Source: Octopus sinensis
Lineage: Eukaryota
Assembly: GCF_006345805.1 (NCBI RefSeq)
Contig: NC_043005.1
Location: 28,830,001-28,894,000 of the forward strand
Reading direction: 5' to 3'
DNA length: 64,000 bases
Shown here: positions 38,758 through 52,000 of the stretch, one piece after another
Layout of the letters: each line of letters opens with the position of its first letter
Numbering within the stretch: position 1 is the stretch's first letter
Program-made: the position numbers and the translations under genes
Notes under the pieces: model-generated
The model's database searches: none
What the model saw: only the letters and a program-made list of their open reading frames with translations
What the model was told of the DNA's origin: nothing

Positions 38758-41700
38758 TTATGTGTATACACACTCACACATATTTATGGTGTCTTTATTA
38801 TTTTTGCAATTTTCCAGGGATTTGATTCATTTTTTGACCCATATGGGACAGATGTTCCGTGAAGCTGGTCGTGTTCTTATTCTTGTTATACCGCCATCTT
38901 CTGAATCGGGGTAAGAATTTTTTTTTTTTCCTTTTGTACCAATACATGAAAACATGCTTTCAATTTCTGAAAACCATTTAACCATTTTGTATTCCTTTCA
39001 GATATTTTTAATTTATGTAGAATATTTCCCATTTAGTAAAACAGTTCTATGTATAAAATTCTATAACTCAAATGTGTTTATATTTATTGTAGTGAAATAA
39101 TATTTTAGTTGTAATCTCAAATGACTACCAAACTCTTGCTTTTGAGACTTTGCTGTGGTCACCTAACATTTTTTTATATATCTTTTATGTATGCAACTCC
39201 ATTTAATTGAACAATGCAATCATTACATCAATTTAAAATGTAGAGCAATCCTCAGCTGCACAAAGACATAGAATTTAATTAAATTAGAATAGATTAATAT
39301 TAGGGATTAATAATGGCATGTTAATTTTGTGTTAGAGAGGCTGTTATAATAACCAGTGTTGTTCTATTACAGAACCGAAGGCATGTTCAACAAGAAGGAC
39401 TTTGATGCTCTTTCACCTCACATAGATCAATTCAGTTTGATGACATATGACTATTCAAATTCATATAAGTAAGTAACAGTATTTTAATGGGTTCCTGTTA
39501 TACTTTGTGGTTATTTTGACACCTTATCACCAAAGTCTTCTTTCCTTTTCCAGCTGGGTTAGCCATGTATCTCCTCCACAATAAGATACCTTATCCTGTT
39601 TTTATCATACATTCGTCCATCAATCCCTAACATAAATCACTTCCCTCGATACTATCTCCCCCCTCAATATTACACCTCCCTCAGTACAGCACCCCCATCA
39701 ATTGAGGGGTGTTGTCTTGCCAGCTACTTGGTGACACAAAAAAGCACCCAGTCCACTTTGTAAAGTGGTTGGCATTAGGAAGGCCATTGAGCTGTAGAAA
39801 CCATGCCAAAGCTATCATTCTGACATGATAGATCCTATCAAACCATTTATCCTATGCCAACATGGAATACAGACAGTAAATGACAATGGTGGTGAAGGCA
39901 TTTTGCTATCAGAAATTGTAGCATTTCACTGACTTAGCTGTATTTCTTCATTGTAATGTGGATGGTATAGGCTTTAGATGTTCATGTAACACCATAGAGT
40001 CCTCATTTGTAGACATGTACAAACCATGGCAGCAGGTAAAAAAAAACATGTGTGAAAAGACAGGCATGGCTGGCTCTGTGGTTAAGAAGCTTGTTTCTCA
40101 AATATACGGTTTCAGATTCAGTTTCAGTGACATCTTGGACAAGTGTCTTCAACTATGGGTTCTTCCACTCCCACCCCTGATCAAAGCTTTGTGAGTGATT
40201 TGGTTGGTGGAAATTCAAAGTAGCCTATTGTGTGTGGATGACAGCTGATAACAAATGTTACCATTATACAAGCAGTGTCATTTCATCATCATTTAACGTC
40301 TGTTTTCCATGATGGCATGAGTTGGACGGTTTGATTGGGGTCTGGGAAGCCAGGAGGCCGCACCAAGCTCTAGTCTGATCTGGCAATGTTTCTACAGTTG
40401 GATGCCCGTCCAAGAGTGTAGTGGGTGCTTTTTATGTGCCACCGGCACAGGGGCCAGGGGTGCTGGCAACGACCACGATCAGTTGGTGGTTTTTACGTGC
40501 CACCAGCACGGAAGCCAGATAGGGCAGCGCTGGCATTGGCCACGTTTGGATTGTGTTTTTTACGTGTTGCTGGCATGGGGATCACAACTACAATTTCCAT
40601 TTGATTTTGGTTTTGATGTACTTGACTCAACAGGTCTCCTCAAGCATGTCGCCCTCCGATCCAAGGTACTTTTGAGTGAGCTGGTTATGCAACACTGGCA
40701 TATGTTACAGCTGTGAACTCACTTTATTTGCCGGATCTTTTGTCATTGCCTGTGTGAGGCCCAATGTTCGATGGTCATGCTTCACCACCTCATCCCATGT
40801 CTTCCTTGGTCTCCCTCTACTCTGGATTCCTTCCACTGTTTGGAATGGTATAGATATGTGATGTGGATGGATGGTGTCAAATATTGGTAGTGCATGATGT
40901 CTGTGGTGGAGAAAGACTGAGAAAATATGGAGCAAAAGTAATGAAAAATTGCAAGATCAGATGGGACATTTATATGCAGTTTTGCAGATCTGACTTCCCT
41001 CATTTTAGGACAGAAACTCAGACATTAAAAGATGTTGATGATGGTGATGGCATTCTGTTATATAGCAATGATTAACATGAACCTATTAATAACTTAATTT
41101 AAATAAACTGAAGATAAAGTAAGAGAGGAATAAGATAATTTACACTGTCTCTTAGTCTCTCTCTATTTCTTTCCAGGTGCAGGAGTGGCTGTGTGATAAG
41201 TAGCTTGCTTACCAACCACATCGTTCTGGGTTTAGTCCCATTGCGTGGCACCTTGAGCCTCTTCTACTATAGCCTCAGGTCAACCAAAGCCATGTGAGTG
41301 GATTTGGTAGACAGAAACTGAAAGAAGCCCGTCATACATATATATATGTGTGTGTCTGTTTGTCCCCCCATCATCGCTTGACAACCAATGCAGGTGCCTT
41401 TATGTCCCCGTAACTTAGCAGTTTGGCAAAAGAGACCAATAGAATAAGTACTAGGTTTGCAATGAATAAGTCCTGGGGTTGATTTGTTTGACTAAAGGCA
41501 GTGCTCCAGCTTGGCTACAGTCACGTGACAAAGAAGTAAAAGAATATATATAATATGTATACACACTGTCATTGTCATTTTAATGTCTCTTTTTCCATGC
41601 TTACAAGTCTCAACTAAGGATATGTTGGACCAGATGCCCTTGATTACTCCAACACCCACCTTTTTCCAATTAAGAACTAGAGAGAACCAACACTATTTGA

Positions 41701-44700
41701 GAATGAGTGTTTTGCTTACAAAACTCATGCAACATCTTGAGAAGCTTGAACATGCTAAGTGGACTGCAAACTGTTGACACTTAGTGAGGCCCTTGTTTAT
41801 GATTAGCAAAAACATGTGAAGATGAGGAGAAATAGAAATTCACTCGCATGTGGCAAGTTTCTTTCATGATCCTGAAAACTAAATCCACTCCACATGGGGC
41901 CAACACAGCAGAACTGAACCCAAAACCATTCTGTTTTGACTACACAATCACATGTGCACCTATAACATACCTGTGCCTATGTTGTTATACACACACACAA
42001 GCATTTATATAAATATTTGTATATATGTATCTAAAATATAGACACTCAATCATATTCATCTCTCGGTCTGTTTTTATATATTTAGTTTGCATTCAAATTT
42101 CAAAATGTCGCATTGTTTAGTTAACACAAATTTTTACATTTTATTTTAATTATTCACAGACCTGGTCCAAACAGCCCTCTTGCTTGGATGAAAATGTGTG
42201 TTGAGAATTTGGTACCGTTATTAAATACAACATTAAGAAAGAAAATCTTACTTGGATTCAATTTCTATGGTTATGATTTTGTTCCTGGATCCGGAGACCC
42301 AATTATTGGAAACAAGTTAGTATTAAGATATTTCATATCCAAGTTAAGAAGGAACCAGAGAGTCAATAGCCAAGCATGGCTACAACCTACACTAGTTGAA
42401 GACCATATCACACTCTGTAGTCTGTTCATGTTTATTTGTCAGTCATCTTCAAGTGGTATTTCTGTACAGTCTGATGAGTCATTGATGAAAAAACACATTA
42501 CAATTTTAAAATAGTAAAAATATTCTTAAAGGCATGTCTTAGTAGAGTTAAAGTGTTGCAGTCACAATTGTCCGATCATGATTTCGATGCCAGGACTGGG
42601 TGGTGCGTTGTGTTCATGAGCAAAAACACTTCATTTTTATGTTGCGCCAGCCCTCTCAGTTGCAAATGAAAAAAACTTGTGACTAACTTGTATCTTATTC
42701 AGGGGTAATGTTGTGGTCTTGGTCACCTATGGAAACTAGGTGGCGGCCGTAGAAGTCATAGGACTCAAAGCAACTCTTTTACATTACTTACTTACTTCCC
42801 AGGAGCTCGGTTAGGAATGCATGCACCAGGTTTCAGAGCTGTCTTCAGGCATGATGGAAGCTGAAGACAGCTACTTTGAATAAACTTATCTTCCAGCCAC
42901 AAGCTAGTTGATATTTTTTGATTTTCTCAATTTTTTAAAATTTTGGGATGGAATACTGTGTTTTTCTTTTCTTTTTATGCAAGCTATCAAATTTAGCCCA
43001 ATCACCCAGTATATGATATCACTATATGTCATTCTAATATGTATTGATATGGTAACAATGTATATCAGTATGATAATATATTTCAATATGATTACACTAT
43101 TGGTTAATATACTGTAACAATATATATGGATATGATTTTATATATATATATAAAAATGGTAAGACAACAAAAGAATGAAAGAGACCTCGATATTATGTAA
43201 ATAGAGGAATTTATCTATAAATGTAATATGTGACAAATTATTCGGTAGCCATGCTAAAACTCTGAGTTTCGGATGCTGAGGTGGAAATCCAAGCCGCCAT
43301 CTCTTCAGTTATCCAGCCATTGGAAAATTACCCTTTTTTTCCGATGACTGGATAACTGAAGAGAAGGCAGTGTGGATTTCCACCTCAGCATCCAAAACTC
43401 AGGGTTTTATCATGGCTACTGAATAATTTGTCACATATTACATTTACAGATATATATATGTCATTCAGATTTACAGAAAATAAAAGATGACGACAGTTGT
43501 AGGAACAACAAGCAGGTGTATTAGTTAAACGGTTGGGAAGAATGGAAAAGTCTTTTATGTTTTGAGTCTATGCTCTTTGATAGAAAGAATTAAGAGTTGG
43601 ATTGAAATATTTATTTTGTGAAAATTTACAAAATTCTTCATTTGTTTTCTTTAATTTCAGATATATTGAAATCTTAAAAAAACATAAACCTGAAATGAAA
43701 TGGGATAAAAACAGTTTTGAACATACAATACAATACAAGTAAGTATACTGTAAGGGTACGTAGTAGGTACTCCTCAACATAATCACTACCATTTTATGTT
43801 TGCATTTTTCATGCCTGCATAGGTTGGATGACTTCCTTCTAACACAGCATCTCACCATATGTCACATTCCTGTGAGGTTTGACATCCTGAGACCAGCTTT
43901 GACCATTGCAGTGTGAGGCTTAATCAGATTGATCCGGTACCTGTTGCTGGTTGCAGTGAGGACTAAAGCAGCACATTATATACAAATCATTATCATTATC
44001 ATCAATATCATTTAACATTTACTTGTTCAGGCTTGCATGGGTTAGAGAGAACTTGTTAAAGCAGATTCTCTATGGCCAAATGCCCTTTGTGTTGCCAGCC
44101 CTCACCTGTCTTCAAGCAAATAAATTTCCTCCATGGCCAGACAGGTTTTCAAGGCAAACTGGAAATGAACACCACTGCTTGTATGACAAGGATGCTTGTT
44201 TACAATCATCATATGATGTCTAAGCAAGGGTACACACACACACAGAGGTTTCTTTCAGTTTCTGTCTATCAAATCCACTCACAAGGCTTTGGTCAGTCCA
44301 GGACTTATAAAGGAGAAGATACTTGTGCAAGGTACCATGCAGAGGGACTGAACTTGAAACTTCATGATTGAGAAGCAAACTTCTTAACCACATGGCCATG
44401 CTATCATCTAACATACAATATAAGTCAGTTTCAACTATTTAGAGATGATGATGACGGTGGTGGTAGTGAGAGAAAGAAGAGAGAGGCTGACGGATTTGTG
44501 TGGATGCAATGAGTTGTTTGGTTAAGAGGAGAAAGTGCTGTAGTAGTGTTGGTAGTGGTGGTGGCGGCAGCAGCAGTGACACAGTATGTCTCTGGTAGTG
44601 ATTGTGTTGATCAGTAATGATTTCCTAATCGGGTGGATGTGGTCTAGGATGTGTGTTTATAGTAGCTGACCCTTTGGATATTTAATTCGAAGCAACCACC

Positions 44701-45449
44701 AAGTATTAAAGATTAATATGGCACTTTAAATGTTATTTATACAAATGAGAAAATTATGATAGTAATGCCTTTATTCAATCCTGATGACAATGGCTTGTCC
44801 CAAGGTGGTGAATGTTAAATCAGCTGGCAAACAGCGAGGAAAGGTCAAACAGATGCTACTGGCACATGGACACACATACCATGCAAATGCTAATGGTGTG
44901 TACACATAATCCCAACTCTCAAACACACAGCTAATTGTCATCTGCATATGTGCATGTGCATGCCAACAATGCTTGGTTGAATCTCTCTCTCTCTCTCAAA
45001 CACACTTATCATCCTCTTAACACTTTAAAATAATAGATGGTAGGTAAATAGATAGAGGTGTGCATTTGTGCCAATAGCATTCATTTGAATCTCTTTCTCT
45101 CTCCCTTTCTCTTGCTGTTGTGTACATACTTCTTCCCTATTCCACAGTGTGACAAACTGTTGTCAACAGAGGAAGCTGTTGTTTGTAATATAATAGATGT
45201 TAGGTAGCTGCAAAATGTCTTCAGCGCTTGTGTGGCCTGGCATCTGTAGACTTTACCATTGCTACTTCTGTTGTTAATAATAATCTTTCTGGTTACTAAT
45301 GTTTCAGGACTGGAATTGGTCAACATATTGTCTACTATCCAACATTGATGTCAATACAAGCCCGGCTGGAACTAGCAGAATATTTACATACAGGCATTTC
45401 TATCTGGGAGATTGGACAAGGGTTGGATTATTTTTACGATCTGCTGTAA
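28672..45449 (+). CDS. CHID1: Chitinase domain-containing protein 1 (GH18-like, SI-CLP), 11 coding exons, 388 aa
   Basis: Exons 28672-28779, 31641-31790, 33936-34068, 35295-35336, 36803-36909, 38191-38252, 38818-38910, 39373-39468, 42160-42315, 43661-43738, 45308-45449. All GT-AG and phase-consistent, total 1167 nt. Signal peptide [20 protein letters not shown]; CHID1 motifs [72 protein letters not shown] at 45623. Confidence 0.95.
29100..29860 (+). mobile_element. Decayed 3' portion of RTE-type LINE
   Basis: Homologous to the RTE copy at 53692-56950 ([30 protein letters not shown]; [15 protein letters not shown]), with many stops. Confidence 0.8.
29868..30260 (+). mobile_element. tRNA-derived SINE family B copy (others at ~19505-19835, 38310-38460, 41175-41545)
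   Basis: ggagtggctgtggtaagtagcttgct.accaaccacatggttc.gggttcagtcccactg head, central (TA)n(TG)n, tail ...gaataagtcc.ggggtcgatttgct.gactaaaggcggtgctccagcatggcc. Confidence 0.8.
32150..32760 (-). mobile_element. Tc1/mariner-superfamily (probably maT/DD37D-like) transposase relic
   Basis: Decayed [22 protein letters not shown] and [22 protein letters not shown] segments on the minus strand; termini not resolved. Confidence 0.6.
33353..33880. mobile_element. Head-to-head palindrome of a tRNA-headed repeat whose tail carries a minimal hammerhead-like motif
   Basis: Arms 33353-33647 and 33662-33880. tRNA-like A box TGGCGTAGTGG (33655-33665) and B box (GTTCGATTCC in the minus copy). Motif ACAY-CTGATGA-A-GGCTG..CAGCT-GAAA-TGTT-GTGT at 33443-33400 (-) and a variant at 33790-33833 (+). 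Confidence 0.75.
36110..36360 (+). repeat. Diverged ~128-bp tandem duplication
   Basis: tactacctgc.gcattctggagagaaaa(a)taattgtgtg occurs twice (about 36175 and 36303). Confidence 0.8.
36545..36808 (+). repeat. ~34-36-bp minisatellite abutting and resembling the CHID1 exon 5 acceptor
   Basis: Units ttcctttatatttatcacagttccctatataacaag; the true acceptor reads tatatctaccacag|TTCCTC. Confidence 0.8.
38460..38680 (-). mobile_element. Short copies of the RTE 3' end (others at ~22775-23075, 34200-34960 cluster, 35590-36040 plus, 40270-40860, 50700-50900)
   Basis: (cat)n-gtttaa.gtccgttttccatgctagcatgggttggacgg...ctacagctggatgcccttcctaac matches the 3' end of the LINE at 53692-53880. Confidence 0.85.
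43212..43452. repeat. ~240-bp intronic palindrome, each arm carrying a hammerhead-like motif
   Basis: Arms tatctataaatgtaatatgtgacaaattattc... and ...gaataatttgtcacatattacatttacagata; CTGAAGA at 43308-43302 (-) and 43356-43362 (+). Confidence 0.85.
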
Positions 45450-47592
45450 CTGCTCTGTCATTCCTGCTGTTAAATATTGAACTTTGAATGTAAAATTCCA
45501 ATTATGAAATACTTAAAATGTTAAAAAAAACTTAAAAACTCAACTGAAATATTGTTATAAACTGAACGTGTTTCACTTGATTCCAATAATACCAGACATT
45601 TGGTCTGCACTGATCTCACAGAAATAAATCTAAATAAGAAAAAAAAACACAGAAAGGAAAATTCTTTTTAAAAAAGGCTGAAGATTTCAACATATACAGA
45701 TTTTTTTTCTTTTGTTACAAATGTCTTCGGAAGAAAACGAATTAAAATTATTGGTTAAAAAAAAAAAAGAGAATGAAAGGAAGCTAGATTTAGTCAAATT
45801 TTATTGAAGAAAGTGAAAAGAATTAGCTGTAATTGTTTTTACTTCCACATTTTTTTCCATCCATTCCACTGTCTTTTTCAAATCCAAAAGTTTCACAGGG
45901 TTTGAATTAAAAAAAGATTATATATATAATATATAAATATATTTACTTTCAAAGAAAATTATTTCTGAATGATCTTTTATTTTCTTTTTCACTATTTGTG
46001 ACATTCCTTTCTAGAAAGATGCCTAAAGATAAGCTCTATAGACATCAAAAATTGTTCTAATTGGAACAATCATTTTTTTTTTAAGAAATGTGATATCAAG
46101 ACAATTACTGTTTTTTTTTTAAATTTATTTTTTGGCCACCCTTGTCCAAAGAAACTCTCTATATATGCACCAAGTTAACTTCGTATAAAACTATTTGTCA
46201 ATCAGTATTAAAGTTTTTTTTTTCCCTGATGGCAAAAAATAAAAATCCTATTTCAGTCCACACTATTTGTGTTTATTTCATTCTAAAAACTGTTTCTGAT
46301 ATTTCTAAAATGAATTCCAGTGAATTTTTTGAAAGTTTCCATCAAAATTAATTAGTAAAACTCCACTTACATCAAAGTCATCAAGGCACCAATATTGAGA
46401 CAAGTTTTCTATTACAAATGTTTATGCTTTTTGCTTGATATTTTATTGGTCAGTAAAATGGTCATTACTAGAACTGTAACCATTATACAATGCTTTCAGT
46501 GGCTGTCAAATGTGAAAACAATGGCAACAATATTTGCAGTGTGTCATGAACTGGAAAATATTGCCCCAGTTAATAACCGGGTTTGTTATTAGAACAGAAA
46601 TCACAATTTGAATAACTTTTACTGCTGTCCGTGGTAGTAATAAACTAGTCCTTTACATAACAAGCTAGCATGAACCAGCAGTGGTATTATTCCATACATC
46701 AGTCGACATTTTTCACTTGCATTGTCATCTTAATACTCAGGCATTTAAAAATGCTGTGTTTTTAATTTACAAAACCTAATTACAGTCAAAGAAAGAGCAG
46801 GAGATTAATAGATGTTTTTACCATCCAAAGACCCAGTATTCAGTCATAGCAGCTTTTAATGATAAACAGCTTCAATGCAAACTATTTTACTAACTTCTAA
46901 AATATTGTTTTGAAAATTAATGTTATATAGTATACTTTTTTTTTTAGATTTGTGTTTAGCAGGGTTAGATATTGTTTGTTATGACAGTCTCTGTTAGGGA
47001 CTAAAACCTTCACCCATGATAAATGCTTCTAGTAATTGTAACTTTGTTAGATTAACATATTGAGAACCAGGTTTACAATTAGGAAAAGGCACAGATATGG
47101 TTGTGTGTGATGAGCTTCTTTCAGTTTGCATCTGCCAAATTCATTCAGAAGTCTTTGATCAGCTTGGGGTTATTGTAGAAGATTTGCTTCAAGGTACCCT
47201 GTAATGGGACTGAACCCAAAACTACATGGTTGGGAAACCAACTTAACCATGGAGCCATGTTTCTGTCTATATAAATGTGTTTGTTTGAATGTCACTAACA
47301 TGAATGTCACTAACTACAAACAATGTTGCCATTAATAAATTGTTCACTTTGTTCCTTTAAAGCTTTGTAGAATAAGAGATTTTTTACTTGAAAAACAGAT
47401 TAGGGTTAGTGACAGGAAGGGCATCTAGCTGAAAAATAATCCCTCAATAATATATTCATCTAACCCATGCTAGCATAGAAAAAGGGCAACAAAATGAATG
47501 AACAAATAATACCAATAGATGTATAAAATTGCAAACCTTGTGTCAGCTGTCCAATCTTTAAACCACTCTGTTACAAATGTTTATTTAATGTA

Positions 47593-49003
47593 TTACATAA
47601 GTACACATCGGTCCTTCAAACGCAGCACTTGACGGTTATGGGGCCTTTTCCCATTCCACACTCCAATATTTCGGCATTCTGTCACAATAAACTCATCGAC
47701 TTTAACACCATAAAAGACATCATTTAAATCGAGGCTGAGCCGAGATGACATGTCAAATGGAGAAGGGATGTGGATTGCTCGGCTGATCTCTTCTTTGAAC
47801 AGAGTCCAGTCAAAGGCCCCTCCCAAGTAGTTACGGGTCACTAGTTCAAGATGGACCTGAGGTAAAGCTGAAAACAAAAATTATTTGCTTAGTGATATGA
47901 TAGAAACAATGATTTGGGAGTGGCATTTACAGATTCTCCTTCAGTACATGACTAGTATTTATTGCTCCCTGAAGGATAAAGAGACAATCTGATTGTTACA
48001 GGGTTTGTACTTAAAACATAAGAAGGAAACTAAATCATCTTCATTTTAATGTTCACTTTTCGATGCTTGCATGGGTTGGGGTAGAATTGGTGGATTTTTC
48101 TACAGCTGGATACCCTTCCTGTCACTGACCCTCACTTGTTTCCAAGTAAAGTAATACTTGATGGCCAGACATGTTTTCCTGGAAGATTGGAAATGAAGGA
48201 CACTGCTTGCATAATGGTGACACATTATCACACCATGTCAAGGCAACGTGACACACATACATATAGGATGGGCTTCTTTCAGTTTTCTTTTACCAAATCT
48301 ATTCATAAGGCTTTGGTTGGCCCAGAGTTGTAGTAGAAGACACTTCATGTACAGTGATGTAGACTGAACTTGAAACCATGTGGTTGGAAAGCAAATTTCT
48401 TAACCATAAAGCCATACCTACATCGCCACACAACCAGGCCTCTGCCTCTTACAGCCATGTTATAAAGATAATTTCAAGCAGATGGTGTTATATCTCGCTG
48501 CCTTAGATGGTGTTATAATATTCTTTTCTACTCTAGGCACAAGACCTGAAATTTTTGGAGAGGGCAGGGCAGTCAATTAGATCGACCTCAGTATGCAACT
48601 GGTACTTAATTTATCAACCTTGAAAGGATGAAAGGCAAAGTCGACCTCAGTGGAATTTGAACTCAGAATGTAAAGACATGAAATACTGCTAATAATTTTG
48701 CCTGGCGTGCTGATGTTTCTGCCATCTCACCACCTTAGATGGTGTCATAATATTTCTTCATGACCATTTTTAATGTGCTTTTCCATGCTGCCCCATAAGT
48801 AAGGCATTTTTGCTTTCTTCCAACCTGAGTCAACTTGTCTATGACCTTCCATCCCCAAGTCTGCTTTGGTCAACTTCTCTGGTTTCCTGACATCATTTAA
48901 GAAAATAATATACAGACATTGCTGAAGGTATGTTGAAGAATTAAATTTCCTGGCATGGATATGTCAACATGTACTGGATACACATACACACACACACACA
49001 TAT

Positions 49004-49056
<53 letters not shown>

Positions 49057-52000
49057 ATATATATATGTGTGTGTGTGTGTATATATATGTGTGTGTGTGT
49101 ATATATATGTGTGTGTGTATATATATGTGTGTGTGTGTATATATGTGTGTGTGTGTGTATATATATATATATGTATGTATATATATATATATTTAAAATA
49201 TATATATATACACACACATGATTAGCTATATGTATATATGAGATATAGTCAAAAAGTATCCGACCTTTGGCCAAAATCAAATAATATTAAAAAACTTACC
49301 ATTTTGATTTGCCTTGGGAATCTACAAACTTCTGCCACTGCTGGAAACCTTTCTCAAAATCATTTTTTGGGATGTTGTCAAGCTGTGCTATCGAATTTTT
49401 CTTAATGTCCTCTGTTGATTCAAATCTCCCTTTGAGTATTTTTTTGAGCTTTGGGAATAGCCAAAACTCACATGGAGCCAAGGCTGAGGAGTAGGAAGCC
49501 TGACGAACAAGTGGTGTGTTTTGCTTAAGGTGGAAATTTTGGGACGACATGAGCAGGTGCTTTGTCATGGTGGAGCTACCAGTTCTTTGCTGCCCACAGG
49601 TTGGGTCATTTTCATTGCACAGCTTCACAAAGGCAATGAAAATCTTTTGCAATCATTTCATCATTTCTATTAGTTAATGGTCTGCCACAATGTGGCTCAC
49701 TGTCCACAGAGATCTAGCCATCTTTGAACTGGTAGTACTACTCCTCTATTTGTATTTTTCCCATAGCATCATCTCCAAAAGTCTTCTGAATCTTCTCAAT
49801 AGTCTGGGCTTGCATATCACCAAGCTTTTGGCAGAATTTGATACAGTATTTTTGCTCAATGCACTCAGTCATCTTGACTCAAAAAGAAAAATTGCACAGC
49901 ACACTCTTCACGTCTGCACTCAACATGTCGGTGCAAGCGAATGGCGCAACCTGCAGACAAAAAGTTTTGTGCATGCTCAGGAAGGACATGACCACATAAT
50001 ACTCATGCAGTTTTTGCACACACGTTATCATTTTGTGCAAAAAAAATCAAGGTTGGACACTTTTTGACTACACCTCATATATATAATGGACATGTGAAAG
50101 ATCTGATGCATGCTGGAGAAATATTCTACACAGTATAGTATCCTAACTTAACTCTACACTATTGTACCCCTACACTTTACACAATATTGTACCTTATACT
50201 TAATTCTACACAATACAGTACCTCTACATTATATAGAACCCCTACAGTCAACTCTATGTAATATAGTACTTCTCTACTTAACTGTGGTACAGATCAAAGA
50301 CTAAAACTAGCAGGTTAGATACTCTGGCTACCAGAACAACACCATTCTGAAACAGCTTTCAAATGGACTCACAAGAGAGAAACACTGGGAACTACATGCC
50401 ACTGAATGTTCACAACTAACATGCAAGAGACCAATCTGGCATGGCCTGATGCTGAGAAAACTGCAGCCTACAGAAACCAGTGACTTCAATTTGCTTCTTA
50501 ATGTGTTTGAGAGTACAGAAGGAATTCAAACTGAATAAATATTTTATTGTACACAAAGTAATACTTCTACAGTTACTCCATACAATACGGTACTTTACGA
50601 TAACACTTCCAATATAGTATCTCTTTAATTCTACTCAATAGGGTATCCCTGCTGTTAACTCTACATTATATGCTTTTTCAATGGCTTTTTGTCTTGCAAG
50701 TTAGTTGGTCACCTCACTAATGTTGGTGCCATGCAAACAGCACCCAATACACTCTGTAAAGTAGTTGGTGGTAGGAAGAGTGTCCAGCTGTAGAAACCAT
50801 GCCAATGCAGACATTGGAGCTTGGTGCGGTCTTGACATGCCAACTCTTGTCAAACTGTCCAATTCATGCCAGCATGGAAGGAGGATTTTAAATGATGCTG
50901 CATGACATGAAAGAAGCATGGAAGGAAAATGTTAAATGATAAACCTACATTTTGTTACATAAACTCATTTTACTAAATCATCTGATCTTCATAGTTCAAA
51001 CAATTGAGAGTGAACATATGTGGAGATGCCAATAATTTAGTAATAACATAATTTCTCTAGAACAGAACGTTTTAATTTTAAAAGTTCTGATATTTAACCA
51101 CTCTTTTCTTCGATTTGTCTGTTGTCTTTAAATAAAGGATTAATTAAAATAGTTATTACTCTGTCAAAATGTAAGATGAAGCCAGTCAGTGCCATAAATT
51201 AACAAAGATTTCCTTCACATCAGTTTCACTGAACTTTGGTGCTATTTAGAATAAAAAGCAGAAAAGCATAACTTTTACGTATAATCCATTGTTTAGATAT
51301 TCTCTACAGCAGTTTCGATGCCATGTTACATCATTATTTTTACAATTAGGTAATTAAAATGCATAATAATTATTTATTTATCATGTTGACAACATATTTC
51401 TCTGAACTCTTTATTTATTTTCTTTCTCATATTTGAAAATGAAAATCTTTCCCAAAATATTATAGAATCTTTGAACAACCTATGCAAAGTAATAAAATGT
51501 CTTTTCTCTTTCTTTTCATTTATTGACTTCACATCACATATTTTGTCTAACTTCTCATCTGCGTTACCCCCAATTTTTCTTTTTTTTTCAAAGATTTATA
51601 TCATTTACAATTTATTTCTACATTTTGCTGATATCTGTTTACCTTTTTGCTGGTTCAGAAAACAATATGCTTGTATCGCGTAGGCAGGGTCGAGAAGATG
51701 AAATTTAACAAACAGATTGTTCATCTCTATGTTGTATTGTTCTTCACTGCACTGTCCAGTGATGATTCGTTTCATTATAAGTCGGGTCCACTCAGGTTGC
51801 TTCAGCCACTGTAGCAAATTTTCAGCCCATTTATTCCTGCCAGAGACAAAAGAGTCAATAAAGGAAGAGCAAAACAATCCTATTTGTGATAATATTTCCA
51901 CATTTAACCAATTCGTGCAATGAACCAAAGATGTTGGAAGTAAAGAACATTGGTTGCGGAAACCTGAAACAAGAAACTAAACTCATCACCTGGTTTAAAA

